A DNA stretch of 64,000 bases from Alphaproteobacteria bacterium (GCA_965242595.1 OZ251464.1:2568021-2632020), one strand, 5' to 3'. Positions 9,574 to 19,663 are shown, numbered from the stretch's first letter. Numbers and translations: made by a program. The notes: a model not told the origin generated them from the letters alone.

Positions 9574-10521
9574 TCAGTCCCGTGTCGAGATGTCGCGCAG
9601 GCCGTCGGCCAGCAGATTGAAGCCCACCACCAGGCTGGAGACGGCGATGGAAGGGATGAGGGCCAGATAGGCGAAGCCCTCCACCGTGACCATGGTGCGC
9701 GCCGCCGATACCATGCCGCCCCAGTCCGGATCGGGCGGCGGCAGTCCCAGGCCCAGAAAGCCCAGGATGCCGATAGCGATGACGGTATAGCCCATGCGCA
9801 GGCAGGCATCGACGATCAGCGGTCCGCGCGCATTGGGCAAAAGTTCCACCACCATGATGTAGAAGCCCTTTTCGCCGCGGATCTGGGCGGCGGAGACATA
9901 TTCCAGATTGCGCAGATCCAGCGTCAGCCCGCGCACGATGCGCCCGATACCGGGCGAGGCCGACAGGGTGACGGCGACGACGATGTTCAGCGCCGAGGCC
10001 CCGAACACGGTGATGATGACAACATAAAGCACGATCAGCGGGAAGGAGAGGATGAGATCGCTGATGCGGCTGATGACGCTGTCCACCGGGCCACCGTAAT
10101 AGCCCGCCAGCAGCCCCATGGAGATGCCCACCAGATAGGCGCAGAGCATGGCGATGGCGGCCACGACCAGGGTCGATCTGGCGCCATAGGCCAGCCGGGA
10201 CCAGACATCGCGGCCCGACTGATCGGTGCCAAGCCAGTGGCCATCGCCGGAGAAGGGCTGGCGCAGCAGGGCGCCATAATCGTTCGCGTTGGGATCGTAA
10301 ACGGTGATGAGGTCGGCGAAGATGGCGACGAACGCCCACAGCGCGATCAGCCCCACGCCGATCATGGCGGCCGGCGATTCCCGCAGCAGGCCGATGGCGT
10401 AGAAAAGCCTGGCCCAGCCGGTGCGGTCGGGCTGTTCGGCGCTCTGGGAGGTGGCGAGGTCGGTCACGGCCGCGCCCTCAGGTGAAGCGGATGCGCGGGT
10501 TGATATACATATAGCCGACAT
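9574..10521 (-). CDS. ABC transporter permease (DppC/OppC-like)
   Basis: It is multi-TM and has the binding-protein-dependent transport signature region ..AAQIRGEKGFYIMVVELLPNARGPLIV... The true start may be the GTG near 10467, because 10521 overlaps the upstream permease by 44 nt. Confidence 0.85.
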   Translation of the reverse strand: MSAICISTRASASPEGAAVTDLATSQSAEQPDRTGWARLFYAIGLLRESPAAMIGVGLIALWAFVAIFADLITVYDPNANDYGALLRQPFSGDGHWLGTDQSGRDVWSRLAYGARSTLVVAAIAMLCAYLVGISMGLLAGYYGGPVDSVISRISDLILSFPLIVLYVVIITVFGASALNIVVAVTLSASPGIGRIVRGLTLDLRNLEYVSAAQIRGEKGFYIMVVELLPNARGPLIVDACLRMGYTVIAIGILGFLGLGLPPPDPDWGGMVSAARTMVTVEGFAYLALIPSIAVSSLVVGFNLLADGLRDISTRD

Positions 10522-11491
10522 CGCCGATCAGCTGAGTCGAGACGGCGATGAACACCGCCACCAGGGTCGCCGCCTCCAGCAGAGCGACATCGCCGAAGGT
10601 GCCGGCCTCCAGCAGCATCTTGCCGAAGCCGGGATAGCCGAAGGCGATCTCGGTCACCACCACGCCGGTGATGAGGAAGGGAATCTGCAGCAGGATGACG
10701 GTAAAGGGCGCGATCAGCGCGTTGCGCAGGGCATGCTTCAGCACCACCTGGCGATAGGGCAGCCCCTTCAGGATGGCGGTGCGGATGTAGGCCTGGCCCA
10801 TCACCTCCACCATGGAACCGCGCACCATGCGTGCGACATAGCCGAAATCGTAAAGCACCAGAACCGCCACCGGCAGCACCATCTGCGAGGCCCAGGACCA
10901 TTGATCGAAAAACTGCATATTGGCCGTGCCCGGCAGCCAGCCCAGGCCCAGCACGAAGATCGCCACCAGGAACACGGCCGAGGCGAATTCCGGGATCGAG
11001 GTCAGCGTGATGCCGGTATAGGAAAGGGTTCTGTCCATCAGGCTGCCCTCCGCCATCCCCGACAGCACGCCGAAAACCAGCGAAAGCGGCACGATGATGA
11101 TAAAGGCAATGCCCGCCAGCGCGGCCGTGTTGGCCAGCCGGCGCCACATGACATCGTTCACCGGCAGGCGGTATTTGGTGGAATAGCCGAAATTGCCGAA
11201 ATAGCGATCGCCCCTGGGGTCGTCGAAGCCCAGCTTCAGCTCCGGATTCTGCACCGGGTCGGCGATCGCGCCCGTCAGCACGCCCACCCAGCGCACATAG
11301 CGCACCAGCAGCGGATCGCCCAGCTGCAGCTTGTCGTAGAGGATCTGCTTTTGCGCCTCGGTGGCGTAGGGGCCCAGGGTTTTGCTGGCCACATTGCCGG
11401 GCGTGAACTCCAGCAGCGCGAAGATCAGGAAGGATGCCACCACCATGGTCACCAGCATCATGAACAGGCGCTTGGCGATGAAGATGGCCAT
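10478..11491 (-). CDS. ABC transporter permease (DppB/OppB-like)
   Basis: MAIFIAKRLFMMLVTMVVASFLIFALLEFTPGN.. is the typical DppB N-terminus, and ..AYIRTAILKGLPYRQVVLKHALRNALIP.. is the EAA loop. The start is moved to the Met at 11491. Confidence 0.85.
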   Translation of the reverse strand: MAIFIAKRLFMMLVTMVVASFLIFALLEFTPGNVASKTLGPYATEAQKQILYDKLQLGDPLLVRYVRWVGVLTGAIADPVQNPELKLGFDDPRGDRYFGNFGYSTKYRLPVNDVMWRRLANTAALAGIAFIIIVPLSLVFGVLSGMAEGSLMDRTLSYTGITLTSIPEFASAVFLVAIFVLGLGWLPGTANMQFFDQWSWASQMVLPVAVLVLYDFGYVARMVRGSMVEVMGQAYIRTAILKGLPYRQVVLKHALRNALIAPFTVILLQIPFLITGVVVTEIAFGYPGFGKMLLEAGTFGDVALLEAATLVAVFIAVSTQLIGDVGYMYINPRIRFT

Positions 11492-11642
11492 GCCACCCTT
11501 CCCTCCACGACGATCCCCCAGGCACCGCCCGGTCGCTGCGGCGACTCTTCCAGCGGCTTCGCCCGGCGGCCAGCCTGCACCAGGCGTCGCCCGAAGTCCA
11601 CAGGGGGAAGCGACCGGGGCCGCCGCCCGCAACGCCTGGGGT

Positions 11643-12041
11643 CTAGAAGGCGACGATCTGGCCCGCGCCCGTCGCCGCCAGGAAGGTAACGAGGCCGGTT
11701 TCCTCGATGGCGAGGTCGGCGCGCAGGGTGCCAGCCTGGATGGCGCGGGCCTTCAGCCCCGCCTCGCAGGCCATGAAGGCGACGCCGGTGGCGGCGCAGG
11801 CCTCCACCAGCTCCTCCATGCCGGCAACGCCGCGGGCGCGCACAAGCTCATCGCCGCCGGCACCCTGAAGCGTCCGCCAGCCCTCGCCCGCCTGCAGCAG
11901 GGGCAGGGCGTCCATGGTGACGAAGCACACGACGCGGCGGTCCAGCGCGGCGGCGGCGGCGGCCATCGCCAGGGCGGTGTGCACCCTGGCATAATCGCCC
12001 GCCAGCACCACCAGGCCCAGCGGCGGCGCGGCGGCGGTCAT
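11643..12041 (-). CDS. DsrE/DsrF-like family protein (sulfur-relay fold)
   Basis: MTAAAPPLGLVVLAGDYARVHTALAMAAAAAALDRRVVCFVTMDALP..AFMACEAGL.. shows the DsrE-like pattern with a conserved Cys. Its ATG overlaps the stop of the upstream ThiF/MoeB gene (ATGA). Confidence 0.6.
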   Translation of the reverse strand: MTAAAPPLGLVVLAGDYARVHTALAMAAAAAALDRRVVCFVTMDALPLLQAGEGWRTLQGAGGDELVRARGVAGMEELVEACAATGVAFMACEAGLKARAIQAGTLRADLAIEETGLVTFLAATGAGQIVAF

Positions 12042-12883
12042 GCCGGCGCGGCGGCAAGCGCGGGCCGCTCGCCGCCGCCGGGGGCCGGGGCGTGGCCGGA
12101 AAGGTCCGCGATCGACGGCGCTCTGCCGCACAGGGCGCAATCTTCGTCCCGGCCATAAGCGACGCGGTGGAAGCCGCCCGCCAGCGCATCGTAGACCAGC
12201 AGCGTGCCCGCCAGGCTTTCGCCCAGGCCCAGCAGCTCTTTCAGCGTCTCGGCCGCCTGCAATGTGCCCATCACGCCGGCGATGGCCCCGAAGATGCCGG
12301 CTTCGGAACAGGACGGCAGCAGCCCTTCCGGCGGCGCCTCCGGGAACAGACAGCGATAGCAGGGCCGGCCCGGCTCGAAGGCGCGGAAGGTGGTGAGCTG
12401 GCCGTCGAAGCGGGTGACGGCGGCGCTGACCAGCGGCTTGCCGGCCAGGAAACAGGCATCGTTGATCAGATAGCGGGCGCGGAAATTATCGGTGCCGTCG
12501 CACACCAGATCGTAGCCCGAAACGATGGCCAGCGCGTTGTCGTGGGCCAGGTGCCGGTCGTGGCGGACAACGGCGACATCCGGGTTCAACGCCCCCACGG
12601 CCGCAGCCGCGCTTTCGGTCTTGGCCATGCCTATGGTGCGGTCGCTGTGGACCACCTGGCGCTGCAGGTTGGAAAGCTCCACCCGGTCGCCATCGACCAC
12701 GCCCAGGGTGCCGATGCCGGCCGCCGCCAGATAGAGCAGCAGCGGCGAACCCAGGCCGCCGGCGCCGACGATCAGCACCTTTGCCGCCAGCAGCCGCGCC
12801 TGGCCGGCACCGCCCACCTCAGGCAGCACGATGTGGCGGGCATAGCGGTGGAGCTGCCGCTCGCTGAAATCGGCCCCGGCCAT
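12038..12883 (-). CDS. ThiF/MoeB/HesA family E1-like adenylyltransferase
   Basis: FSERQLHRYARHIVLPEVGGAGQARLLAAKVLIVGAGGLGSPLLLYLAAAGIGTLGVVDGDRVELSNLQRQVVH plus two CxxC pairs (CYRC, CALC). There is no rhodanese domain. Confidence 0.85.
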   Translation of the reverse strand: MAGADFSERQLHRYARHIVLPEVGGAGQARLLAAKVLIVGAGGLGSPLLLYLAAAGIGTLGVVDGDRVELSNLQRQVVHSDRTIGMAKTESAAAAVGALNPDVAVVRHDRHLAHDNALAIVSGYDLVCDGTDNFRARYLINDACFLAGKPLVSAAVTRFDGQLTTFRAFEPGRPCYRCLFPEAPPEGLLPSCSEAGIFGAIAGVMGTLQAAETLKELLGLGESLAGTLLVYDALAGGFHRVAYGRDEDCALCGRAPSIADLSGHAPAPGGGERPALAAAPA

Positions 12884-12892
12884 CGCCCTGCC

Positions 12893-14107
12893 TCACGCCG
12901 CCAGATGGCGGGCGATGCGCTGGGCCAGCCGCTCTGCCACCCGTTGCTTGGTCATGGGTGGCCAGCTGTCGACGCCGGCGGCGCTGACCAGATGCACGCT
13001 GTTGTCGTCGCCGCCGAAGACGCCCGTCGCCTCGGAGACGTCGTTGGCGACGATCCAGTCGCAGCCCTTGGCGGCCAGCTTGGCCCGGGCACCGGCGACG
13101 GCATCCCCGGTTTCGGCGGCAAAGCCTACCAGCAATTGCGGGCGGGCATTCCCGGCCGCCGCCAGTTCGGCCAGAATGTCGGGGTTTTCCGTCCATTGCA
13201 GCACCGGCGGGCCGCCTTCCTTCTTCAGCTTGGCAGGCGCCGGGTTGGCCAGGCACCAGTCGGCGACGGCGGCCACGCACACCGCCACATCGGCCGGCAG
13301 CGCCCGATGGCAGGCGGCGGCCATGTCGCGCCCACTGGCGACGCGCACCGTCTCCACCCCCGGTGGATCGGCCAGCGCCACCGGGCCGGAGACCAGGGTA
13401 ACGCGCGCGCCCAGGCGGGCGCAGGCGGCGGCGATGGCATGGCCCTGCTTGCCAGAGCTGCGGTTGGCGATATAGCGCACCGGATCGATGGCCTCATGGG
13501 TGGGGCCGGACGTCACCAGCGCATGGCGCCCGGCCAGCGGGCGGGCATCCGCCCCATCGCCGCCTTCGGCCAGCAGCGCCTCGGCGGCGGCGGCGATCTC
13601 TTCGGGTTCGCTCATGCGCCCGGGGCCAACCTCGCCGCAGGCGAGATCGCCCGCCCCGGGGCCCACCGTGGCGATGCCATCCGCCGCCAGGCGGGCGAGG
13701 TTGCGCTGCGTCGCCGGGTGGCGCCACATGGCGGTGTTCATGGCCGGGGCGGCCAGCACCGGCGCCGTGGTGGCAAGCAGGATGGCCGTCGCCAGGTCGT
13801 CGGCCAGGCCCGCCGCCATCTTCGCCAGCAGATCGGCGCTGGCGGGGGCGCAGATCGCCAGGTCGGCCTCGCGCGCCAGCCGGATATGGCCCATCTCGGC
13901 CTCGTCGGTCAGCGAGAAGAGTTCGTTGAACACCTTCTCGCCCGACAGCGCCGCCAGCGCCAGCGGCGCCACAAAATGTTCGGCACCGCGCGTCGTCACG
14001 CAGCGCACCGCTGCCCCGCGCCGGCGCAGCAGGCGAACCAGTTCGGGCGCCTTGCAGGCAGCGATGCCGCCCGAGACGATGAGCAGAATGCGCTTTTCCT
14101 CGAGCAT
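12893..14107 (-). CDS. coaBC: bifunctional phosphopantothenoylcysteine decarboxylase / phosphopantothenate-cysteine ligase
   Basis: MLEEKRILLIVSGGIAACKAPELVRLL.. (flavoprotein domain) ..LVTSGPTHEAIDPVRYIANRSSGKQG.. (CoaB motif). The ATG at 14107 was confirmed by hand; the longer ORF to 14491 is unsupported. Confidence 0.9.
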   Translation of the reverse strand: MLEEKRILLIVSGGIAACKAPELVRLLRRRGAAVRCVTTRGAEHFVAPLALAALSGEKVFNELFSLTDEAEMGHIRLAREADLAICAPASADLLAKMAAGLADDLATAILLATTAPVLAAPAMNTAMWRHPATQRNLARLAADGIATVGPGAGDLACGEVGPGRMSEPEEIAAAAEALLAEGGDGADARPLAGRHALVTSGPTHEAIDPVRYIANRSSGKQGHAIAAACARLGARVTLVSGPVALADPPGVETVRVASGRDMAAACHRALPADVAVCVAAVADWCLANPAPAKLKKEGGPPVLQWTENPDILAELAAAGNARPQLLVGFAAETGDAVAGARAKLAAKGCDWIVANDVSEATGVFGGDDNSVHLVSAAGVDSWPPMTKQRVAERLAQRIARHLAA

Positions 14108-14252
14108 CGTTCGCTCCCACAAGCGCCGCCCCGAAGCTGGCCGCCGCCTCGCAGCTGGCCGGCGCCATTCGGCCATTCCGGCCACTATAGCACGCCGCCG
14201 TGGCGCCGGGCGGCGCGCCGGGGCATGATGGGCCGCGGCCAGGGAGGATGCC

Positions 14253-15686
14253 ATGGGCGAATGGTGGCGCAGGACGGCGGACGAGATCCGGGCAGCGGTC
14301 GCCGCCGGGGAGGTCTCGGCCGAGCAGGTGATGGCGGACCATCTGGCACGAACGGACGCGGTCAACGGCGCGCTGAACGCCATCACGGTGCGCCTGGACG
14401 ATGAAGCCATGGCCGCCGCCCGCGCCGCCGATGCGGCCAGGGCCGCGGGCCGCCCGCTGGGGCCGCTGCACGGCGTGCCGGTGACGATCAAGGAAAATGT
14501 CGATCAGAAGGGCTGCGCCACCACCAACGGCGTGGCGGCCTTCGCCGATGTGGTGGCGGGCGAAGACGCGCCGGTGGTCGCCAATCTGCGCCAGGCGGGC
14601 GCCATCCCCTTCGGGCGCACCAACACGCCCGAATTCTCGCTGCGCTATATCACCGACAACCCCTTGCGCGGCCTTACGCTCAACCCCTGGAAGCGGGACA
14701 TCACACCGGGCGGCTCTTCGGGCGGGGCCGCCGCCGCCTGCGCCACCGGCCTGGGCGCCATCGCCCATGGCAACGATCTGGGCGGTTCCATCCGCTATCC
14801 GGCCTGGTGCTGCGGCCTGGTGGGCATCCGCCCCACCCTGGGCCGGGTGCCGGCCTACAACCCCACCCAGGCGGAAGAGCGCCCGCCGACGCTGCAGCTG
14901 ATGAGCGTGCAGGGGCCGCTGACGCGCAATGTGGCCGACGGCCGCCTGGCGCTGGCGGCGATGGCCGGGCACGACCCGCGCGATCCCTGGTGGGTGCCGG
15001 CGCCGCTCCAGGCCCCGCCGCCCCACCACCCGCCCCGCGCCGCCCTGGCCCGCGACCCGGGCGGGCTGGGGGTGGCGCCCGAAGTGGCCGACGCCATGGC
15101 CAGGGCGGGCGACGCGCTGGCCGATGCCGGCTATCGCATAGCCGAGATCGACCTGGACGACCTGATGACGACGGCCAGGCTGTGGATGGCGCTGCTGATG
15201 GCCGAGGTGGAAGAGATGATGGAGGCGGCGATCCGTGAGCATGGCAGCCCCCGCATCAACCGCGTCATCGACAACTACCAGGCCGCCGCCGAACTCGTCT
15301 ATGACGGCGACAGGCCGGGCGGTGCCGGCCCCGGCGCCCATATGAGGAACCTGGCCCAGCGGGCCGGCGAGCTGCGCCGCTGGTCGCTGCTGCTGGAAGA
15401 GCACGGCGTGGTGGTGGGCCCGGTTTCCTGCGCGCCGCCGCTGCGTCAGCGCGAGGACGAGCAGGGGCCGCAGCGGGCGGCCGAGATCTTCATCGCCAAC
15501 CGGCTGACCTGCGCGGTCAACCTGCTGGGCCTGCCGTCCGTCGCCGTGCCCACCGGCGCGCCAGGCGGCATTCCGGCAGGAGTCCAGATCGTCGCCCCGC
15601 GCTATCGCGAGGACATGGCGCTGGACGCCGCCGCCGCGGTGGAGGCCCGCTCTGCCCTGCCCCTGCCCATCGACCCGCAATGGTAA
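14253..15686 (+). CDS. amidase (amidase-signature family)
   Basis: It has the AS signature ..GGSSGGAAAACATGLGAIAHGNDLGGSIRYPA.. and is 477 aa. Confidence 0.85.
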   Translation: MGEWWRRTADEIRAAVAAGEVSAEQVMADHLARTDAVNGALNAITVRLDDEAMAAARAADAARAAGRPLGPLHGVPVTIKENVDQKGCATTNGVAAFADVVAGEDAPVVANLRQAGAIPFGRTNTPEFSLRYITDNPLRGLTLNPWKRDITPGGSSGGAAAACATGLGAIAHGNDLGGSIRYPAWCCGLVGIRPTLGRVPAYNPTQAEERPPTLQLMSVQGPLTRNVADGRLALAAMAGHDPRDPWWVPAPLQAPPPHHPPRAALARDPGGLGVAPEVADAMARAGDALADAGYRIAEIDLDDLMTTARLWMALLMAEVEEMMEAAIREHGSPRINRVIDNYQAAAELVYDGDRPGGAGPGAHMRNLAQRAGELRRWSLLLEEHGVVVGPVSCAPPLRQREDEQGPQRAAEIFIANRLTCAVNLLGLPSVAVPTGAPGGIPAGVQIVAPRYREDMALDAAAAVEARSALPLPIDPQW

Positions 15687-15717
15687 GAGGGGCTTGCGAG
15701 CCCGGGCCCCACCGCCT

Positions 15718-16893
15718 TCAGCCGATCCGGCCCGCGTCCCCCGCCTGCCCCGCCGCCAGGCTGTGGGCCAGATAGCGGTAGAACTCCACCAGCGTGGCCT
15801 CGAAATGGGAGAGCGGGCCGCGCGGGGCCTTGCGGCTTCTCATGGCGCGGGCGAGCTCGGTGGTGGCCCGCGAATCCTCGTCGTTGACCTCTTCGATCAG
15901 CCGGGCGCGGGCTTCGGTGCTCTGCGGGTCGTCGCCGGCCAGCTCGTTCCACACCAGATAGCCGCCCAGCACCTTGGTCCGCCCCGGCCCTTCGGGGCGG
16001 AAGGAAAGCCAGTTGTTGGTGCCGGGCCGCATCGCCATGGTGAAGGCGGGGAAGACATAGACCATATAGCCGGTGGCGAGCTCCTCTTCGCTCAGGCCGG
16101 CAAGATCGCCGCGCGGGTTGAAGGGGTGGTCGCTGCCCGCCAGATAGGCCTCGCCCATGCGGCAGCGCTCATGGGTGAAGGTTGCGTCGCTGGCCGGCAT
16201 CTCGGGGACATAGGTGCCCTTGGCCGGCATCTGCACGCCCACCGTGCCGGCGTGAAGGCCGATATGGTGGTAGTATTCCATCGCGTTCTCGGCCGAGAGC
16301 TTCCAGTTGCCTTCCCATTCGGCCTCGTAGTGGAAAACCTCGGTCTGCTGGCCGATGCGGTAGTTGCCGGTGGCCGCGTCCATCGTTGCCATGGTGGCCG
16401 CCAGCGGGGCGGCATCGTCGTCCAGATTGACGAACAGGAAGCCTCGCCATTCTTCCAGCCGATAGCGTGGCAGGCGGCAGGCGGCCTTGTCGAAGGCCAG
16501 GCTTTTTTCCATATGCGGGGCAGCGATCAGGCGCCCGTCGCTGCCATAGGTCCAGGCGTGATAGGGGCAGACGAAGCGCCGGGCGTTGCCCCGGCCCGTT
16601 ATCACCGGCATGGCGCGGTGGCGGCAGGCGGTGTTCAGCGCCCGCAGTTTTCCGTCGGCCCCGCGCACGATCGCCAGCGGCTCGCCCATGACGTCGATGG
16701 TGTAATAATCGCCCGGCGCGGGCACATATTCGCTGCGCCCGACGCACAGCCAGGAACGCTCGAAGATGCGGCTGACCTCCAGCGCATGGAGTTCGGGCGA
16801 AAGATAGGCCTGGGGCGGCAGCGACAGGCAGGCTTCGTCCGGCGTGTCGAGATAGGCGGCCAGCGCGCCCAGCAGGTTGGGAAGGCCCGTCAT
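15718..16893 (-). CDS. Rieske [2Fe-2S] non-haem-iron oxygenase, alpha subunit (paralogue 1)
   Basis: Rieske motif CRHRAMPV..(17)..CPYHAWTY, with a downstream catalytic domain carrying ..EYYHHIGLH.. iron ligands. Confidence 0.85.
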   Translation of the reverse strand: MTGLPNLLGALAAYLDTPDEACLSLPPQAYLSPELHALEVSRIFERSWLCVGRSEYVPAPGDYYTIDVMGEPLAIVRGADGKLRALNTACRHRAMPVITGRGNARRFVCPYHAWTYGSDGRLIAAPHMEKSLAFDKAACRLPRYRLEEWRGFLFVNLDDDAAPLAATMATMDAATGNYRIGQQTEVFHYEAEWEGNWKLSAENAMEYYHHIGLHAGTVGVQMPAKGTYVPEMPASDATFTHERCRMGEAYLAGSDHPFNPRGDLAGLSEEELATGYMVYVFPAFTMAMRPGTNNWLSFRPEGPGRTKVLGGYLVWNELAGDDPQSTEARARLIEEVNDEDSRATTELARAMRSRKAPRGPLSHFEATLVEFYRYLAHSLAAGQAGDAGRIG

Positions 16894-16905
16894 GGCGCAG
16901 GGCGC

Positions 16906-18192
16906 CTATTGGCACATGGTGGGGGCACGCGGCGGGCGGGCGGGGCCGCCCATGCGGGCGATATACCAGGCGACGAAGTTGCGGGTGCCGTATTCGCGCT
17001 CCGAGTAGCGCCCGGGGGCATAGCGGCTGGAGTTCACGCCCAGCTGGTTGTCGTTGATGATCTTGGTGTCTTCGACCGTGGTCACGTCCCACATCCAGAT
17101 CAGCCTGTCCAGATTGTAGTCGCGACCCTGTTCGGCGTCGGCGCGCACCAGCCAGGTCACCACCACCTCGGTGTGCTTCTCGCTCATCGGCGTAAATCGG
17201 AACAAGGTGGCGTGGTCGTTCGCCAGATAGACATAGGAGAGCGGGCCGAACAGCATCAGCGTCTCGCCGCCGTCCCAGTGTTTCAGGTCGCCCATCAGCG
17301 GCGCCACCGGCTTGCCGTCCTGCGACAGGGTGAGAAAGCCGTCGCGGATCGGCTGGCGAAAGACGCCGTGGGGCTGGACCACATCCAGCACCCCGCCCCA
17401 CATATGCACGGTGGCGGCGGCCACGCCCTTCGCCTCCCATCTCTCCACCCAGCTCTCGACGGTGCGGGCGCGTTCGTCGGGCTTGCGGTTGCCGTCGTTC
17501 ACATAGGCGTTGACGGTGGTGTATTCGGGATGGGCGCCGGCGCAGTGATAGCATTCGCGGAAGTTCTCCACCGCCAGCTTCCAGTTGGCGTCGGTGGGAT
17601 AGGTCGCCTTGTGGACGATCTTGGCGTCCGCCAGCCGGTGGGGCCCGGCATAGCGGGCGAAGGTGTGCGCGATGGCGTCGAAATCGCCGATATCGTCGTC
17701 GCCCCGGGCCAGATTGACGAATATCAGGCCCTCCCAGATGCGCACGCGGCAGCGGTGCAGCGGCCACGCCTTGCGGTCGAAATCGTCCGCCATCAGCGGC
17801 GCGTGCACCAGCTCGCCCGCCAGATCGTAAACCCAGGCGTGATAGGGGCAGGTCAGCGTGCGAACATGGCCCTTCGGGGCCAGGCAGATGCGGCTGCCGC
17901 GGTGGCGGCAGACATTGAAGAAGGCGCGCACGCTGCCGTCGCGCCCGCGCACCAGAACGATCGATTCGCCGGCTATGTCGTAGAGCAGATAGTCGCCGGG
18001 GCCGGGCAGGGCCGAGACGTGGTCCACCAGCAGCCATTGGCGGGTGACGATCCGTTCCAGCTCGCGCTCATAGATGGCGCGGTCGGTGTAGAACGCCCGC
18101 TCCAGGGTCATGTCCGGCTGCTGGCGCCGCAGCAGGTCGGCGAAGGCGGCGTCCGCCGGGGGCACCGGGCGGGGCATGACGGTCCGGTTCAT
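16906..18192 (-). CDS. Rieske [2Fe-2S] non-haem-iron oxygenase, alpha subunit (paralogue 2; GbcA/Stc2-like by general resemblance)
   Basis: CRHRGSRICL..CPYHAWVYDLAGELV, then ..NFRECYHCAGAHPEY.. (His/His iron site). Confidence 0.85.
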   Translation of the reverse strand: MNRTVMPRPVPPADAAFADLLRRQQPDMTLERAFYTDRAIYERELERIVTRQWLLVDHVSALPGPGDYLLYDIAGESIVLVRGRDGSVRAFFNVCRHRGSRICLAPKGHVRTLTCPYHAWVYDLAGELVHAPLMADDFDRKAWPLHRCRVRIWEGLIFVNLARGDDDIGDFDAIAHTFARYAGPHRLADAKIVHKATYPTDANWKLAVENFRECYHCAGAHPEYTTVNAYVNDGNRKPDERARTVESWVERWEAKGVAAATVHMWGGVLDVVQPHGVFRQPIRDGFLTLSQDGKPVAPLMGDLKHWDGGETLMLFGPLSYVYLANDHATLFRFTPMSEKHTEVVVTWLVRADAEQGRDYNLDRLIWMWDVTTVEDTKIINDNQLGVNSSRYAPGRYSEREYGTRNFVAWYIARMGGPARPPRAPTMCQ

Positions 18193-18282
18193 GGCTTCGC
18201 TCCTGTCATGGGCGCACTCTCCCGGCCTCCGGCGCGGCCGTCAACCGCAGTGGGCAACCGCGGTGGGCAACCGCAGCGGGTG

Positions 18283-19551
18283 TCAGCTGGCCAGCCGCTC
18301 CAGATACCAGCGCGTGAAGTCGGCCGAATAGTCCTCCAGCGGCGCATAGGGGCCGGGGCGATAGCGGGCGGAGTTCACACCCTTCTGGTTGTCGATGATG
18401 ATCTTGGTGTCTTCCACCGTGGTCACGTCCCACATCCAGATCAGCCGTTTCAGGTCGTAATCGGCGCCTTCCCTGGCGTCGGCGCGGACATGCCAGGTCA
18501 CCTCCACCTGTGTGAGCTCCGGGCTGGCGGGCGTGAAGCGGAACATGGTCAGATGGTCGGCGCACAGATAGGCATAGGAAAGCGGGCCGAAGGTGAAGGC
18601 CGTCTCGCCGCCGTCCCAGTGTTCCAGGCCGCCCAGCAGCGGCGCCAGCGCCCGCCCGTCTTCGGACAGCGTGACGAAGCCTGCGCGGATCGGCTGGCGC
18701 CAGGTGCTCAGGGGCTGGCGCCGGTCGCCGCCCTCGCCCTGGCCCACCGGATGGCCCAGCGCGGCCGTCTTTTCCTCCCAGGCCCTGGTCGGCTCAAGGT
18801 AGCCCGCCACCGGGTCGCGGTCGTGGGCGGCCACATAGGCGTTCACCATGGTGTATTCGGGATGGGCCGGCGAGCAGTGGTAGCATTCGCGGAAATTGTC
18901 CACCACCAGCTTCCAATTGGCATGGGTGGGATAGAGCTCGCGGTGGACGATTTTCGTCTCTGCCAGGCGGTGGCGGCTGGCGAGGCGGTCGAGATCGGCT
19001 TCGATGGCGGCGAAATCGGCCACCTGCGGGTCGCCGGGGGCGGCGAGGCAGACGAAGATCAGCCCGTGGGCGACCTCCACCCGGCAGGGATGCAGGCCGA
19101 AGGCGGATTTGTCGAACCCCTTGGGCATGCCGCGCGCGCCGATCAGGCGCCCTTGCAGGTCATAGACCCAGGCGTGATAGGGGCAGGTCAGGGTGCGGAC
19201 ATGGCCCTGCGGTTCCAGGCAGATATGGCTGCCGCGGTGGCGGCAGACATTGAAGAAGGCGCGCACGATGCCGTCGCGCCCGCGCAGGACGACGATCGAC
19301 TCCGCGCCGATCTCGTAGAGCAGATAGTCGCCCGGACGCGGCAGCTCGCAGACATGGGCGACATAAAGCCAGGCCCTGGCGACCACCTTCGCCATGTCGC
19401 GGCGGAAGATCGCCGGATCGCGGTAGAATGGCTGCTCCAGGGTGAAGCCGGGCCTCTGGCGGGCGATCAGCCGGTCCAGGTCGCCCACATCGTTCGGGCC
19501 GTTCGGTTCGTTCAGACCGTCCATGCGGGTCGCGGCGCCCTGGCCATCCAT
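18283..19551 (-). CDS. Rieske [2Fe-2S] non-haem-iron oxygenase, alpha subunit (paralogue 3)
   Basis: CRHRGSHICL..CPYHAWVYDLQGRLI and ..NFRECYHCSPAHPEY... It is collinear with paralogue 2 along its whole length. The start is uncertain (Met at 19551 or 19524; the ORF is open to 19665). Confidence 0.8.
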   Translation of the reverse strand: MDGQGAATRMDGLNEPNGPNDVGDLDRLIARQRPGFTLEQPFYRDPAIFRRDMAKVVARAWLYVAHVCELPRPGDYLLYEIGAESIVVLRGRDGIVRAFFNVCRHRGSHICLEPQGHVRTLTCPYHAWVYDLQGRLIGARGMPKGFDKSAFGLHPCRVEVAHGLIFVCLAAPGDPQVADFAAIEADLDRLASRHRLAETKIVHRELYPTHANWKLVVDNFRECYHCSPAHPEYTMVNAYVAAHDRDPVAGYLEPTRAWEEKTAALGHPVGQGEGGDRRQPLSTWRQPIRAGFVTLSEDGRALAPLLGGLEHWDGGETAFTFGPLSYAYLCADHLTMFRFTPASPELTQVEVTWHVRADAREGADYDLKRLIWMWDVTTVEDTKIIIDNQKGVNSARYRPGPYAPLEDYSADFTRWYLERLAS

Positions 19552-19663
19552 CGCGGGCCTCCCTGGTGGCGGCCCAGGATACCACCGCGTGGCGGCGAGG
19601 CAATGCGGCTTGATGGCGGCGCGCGGGGCGGCCATGCTGGCGATGGCCGTTCGAGGGGGGACC

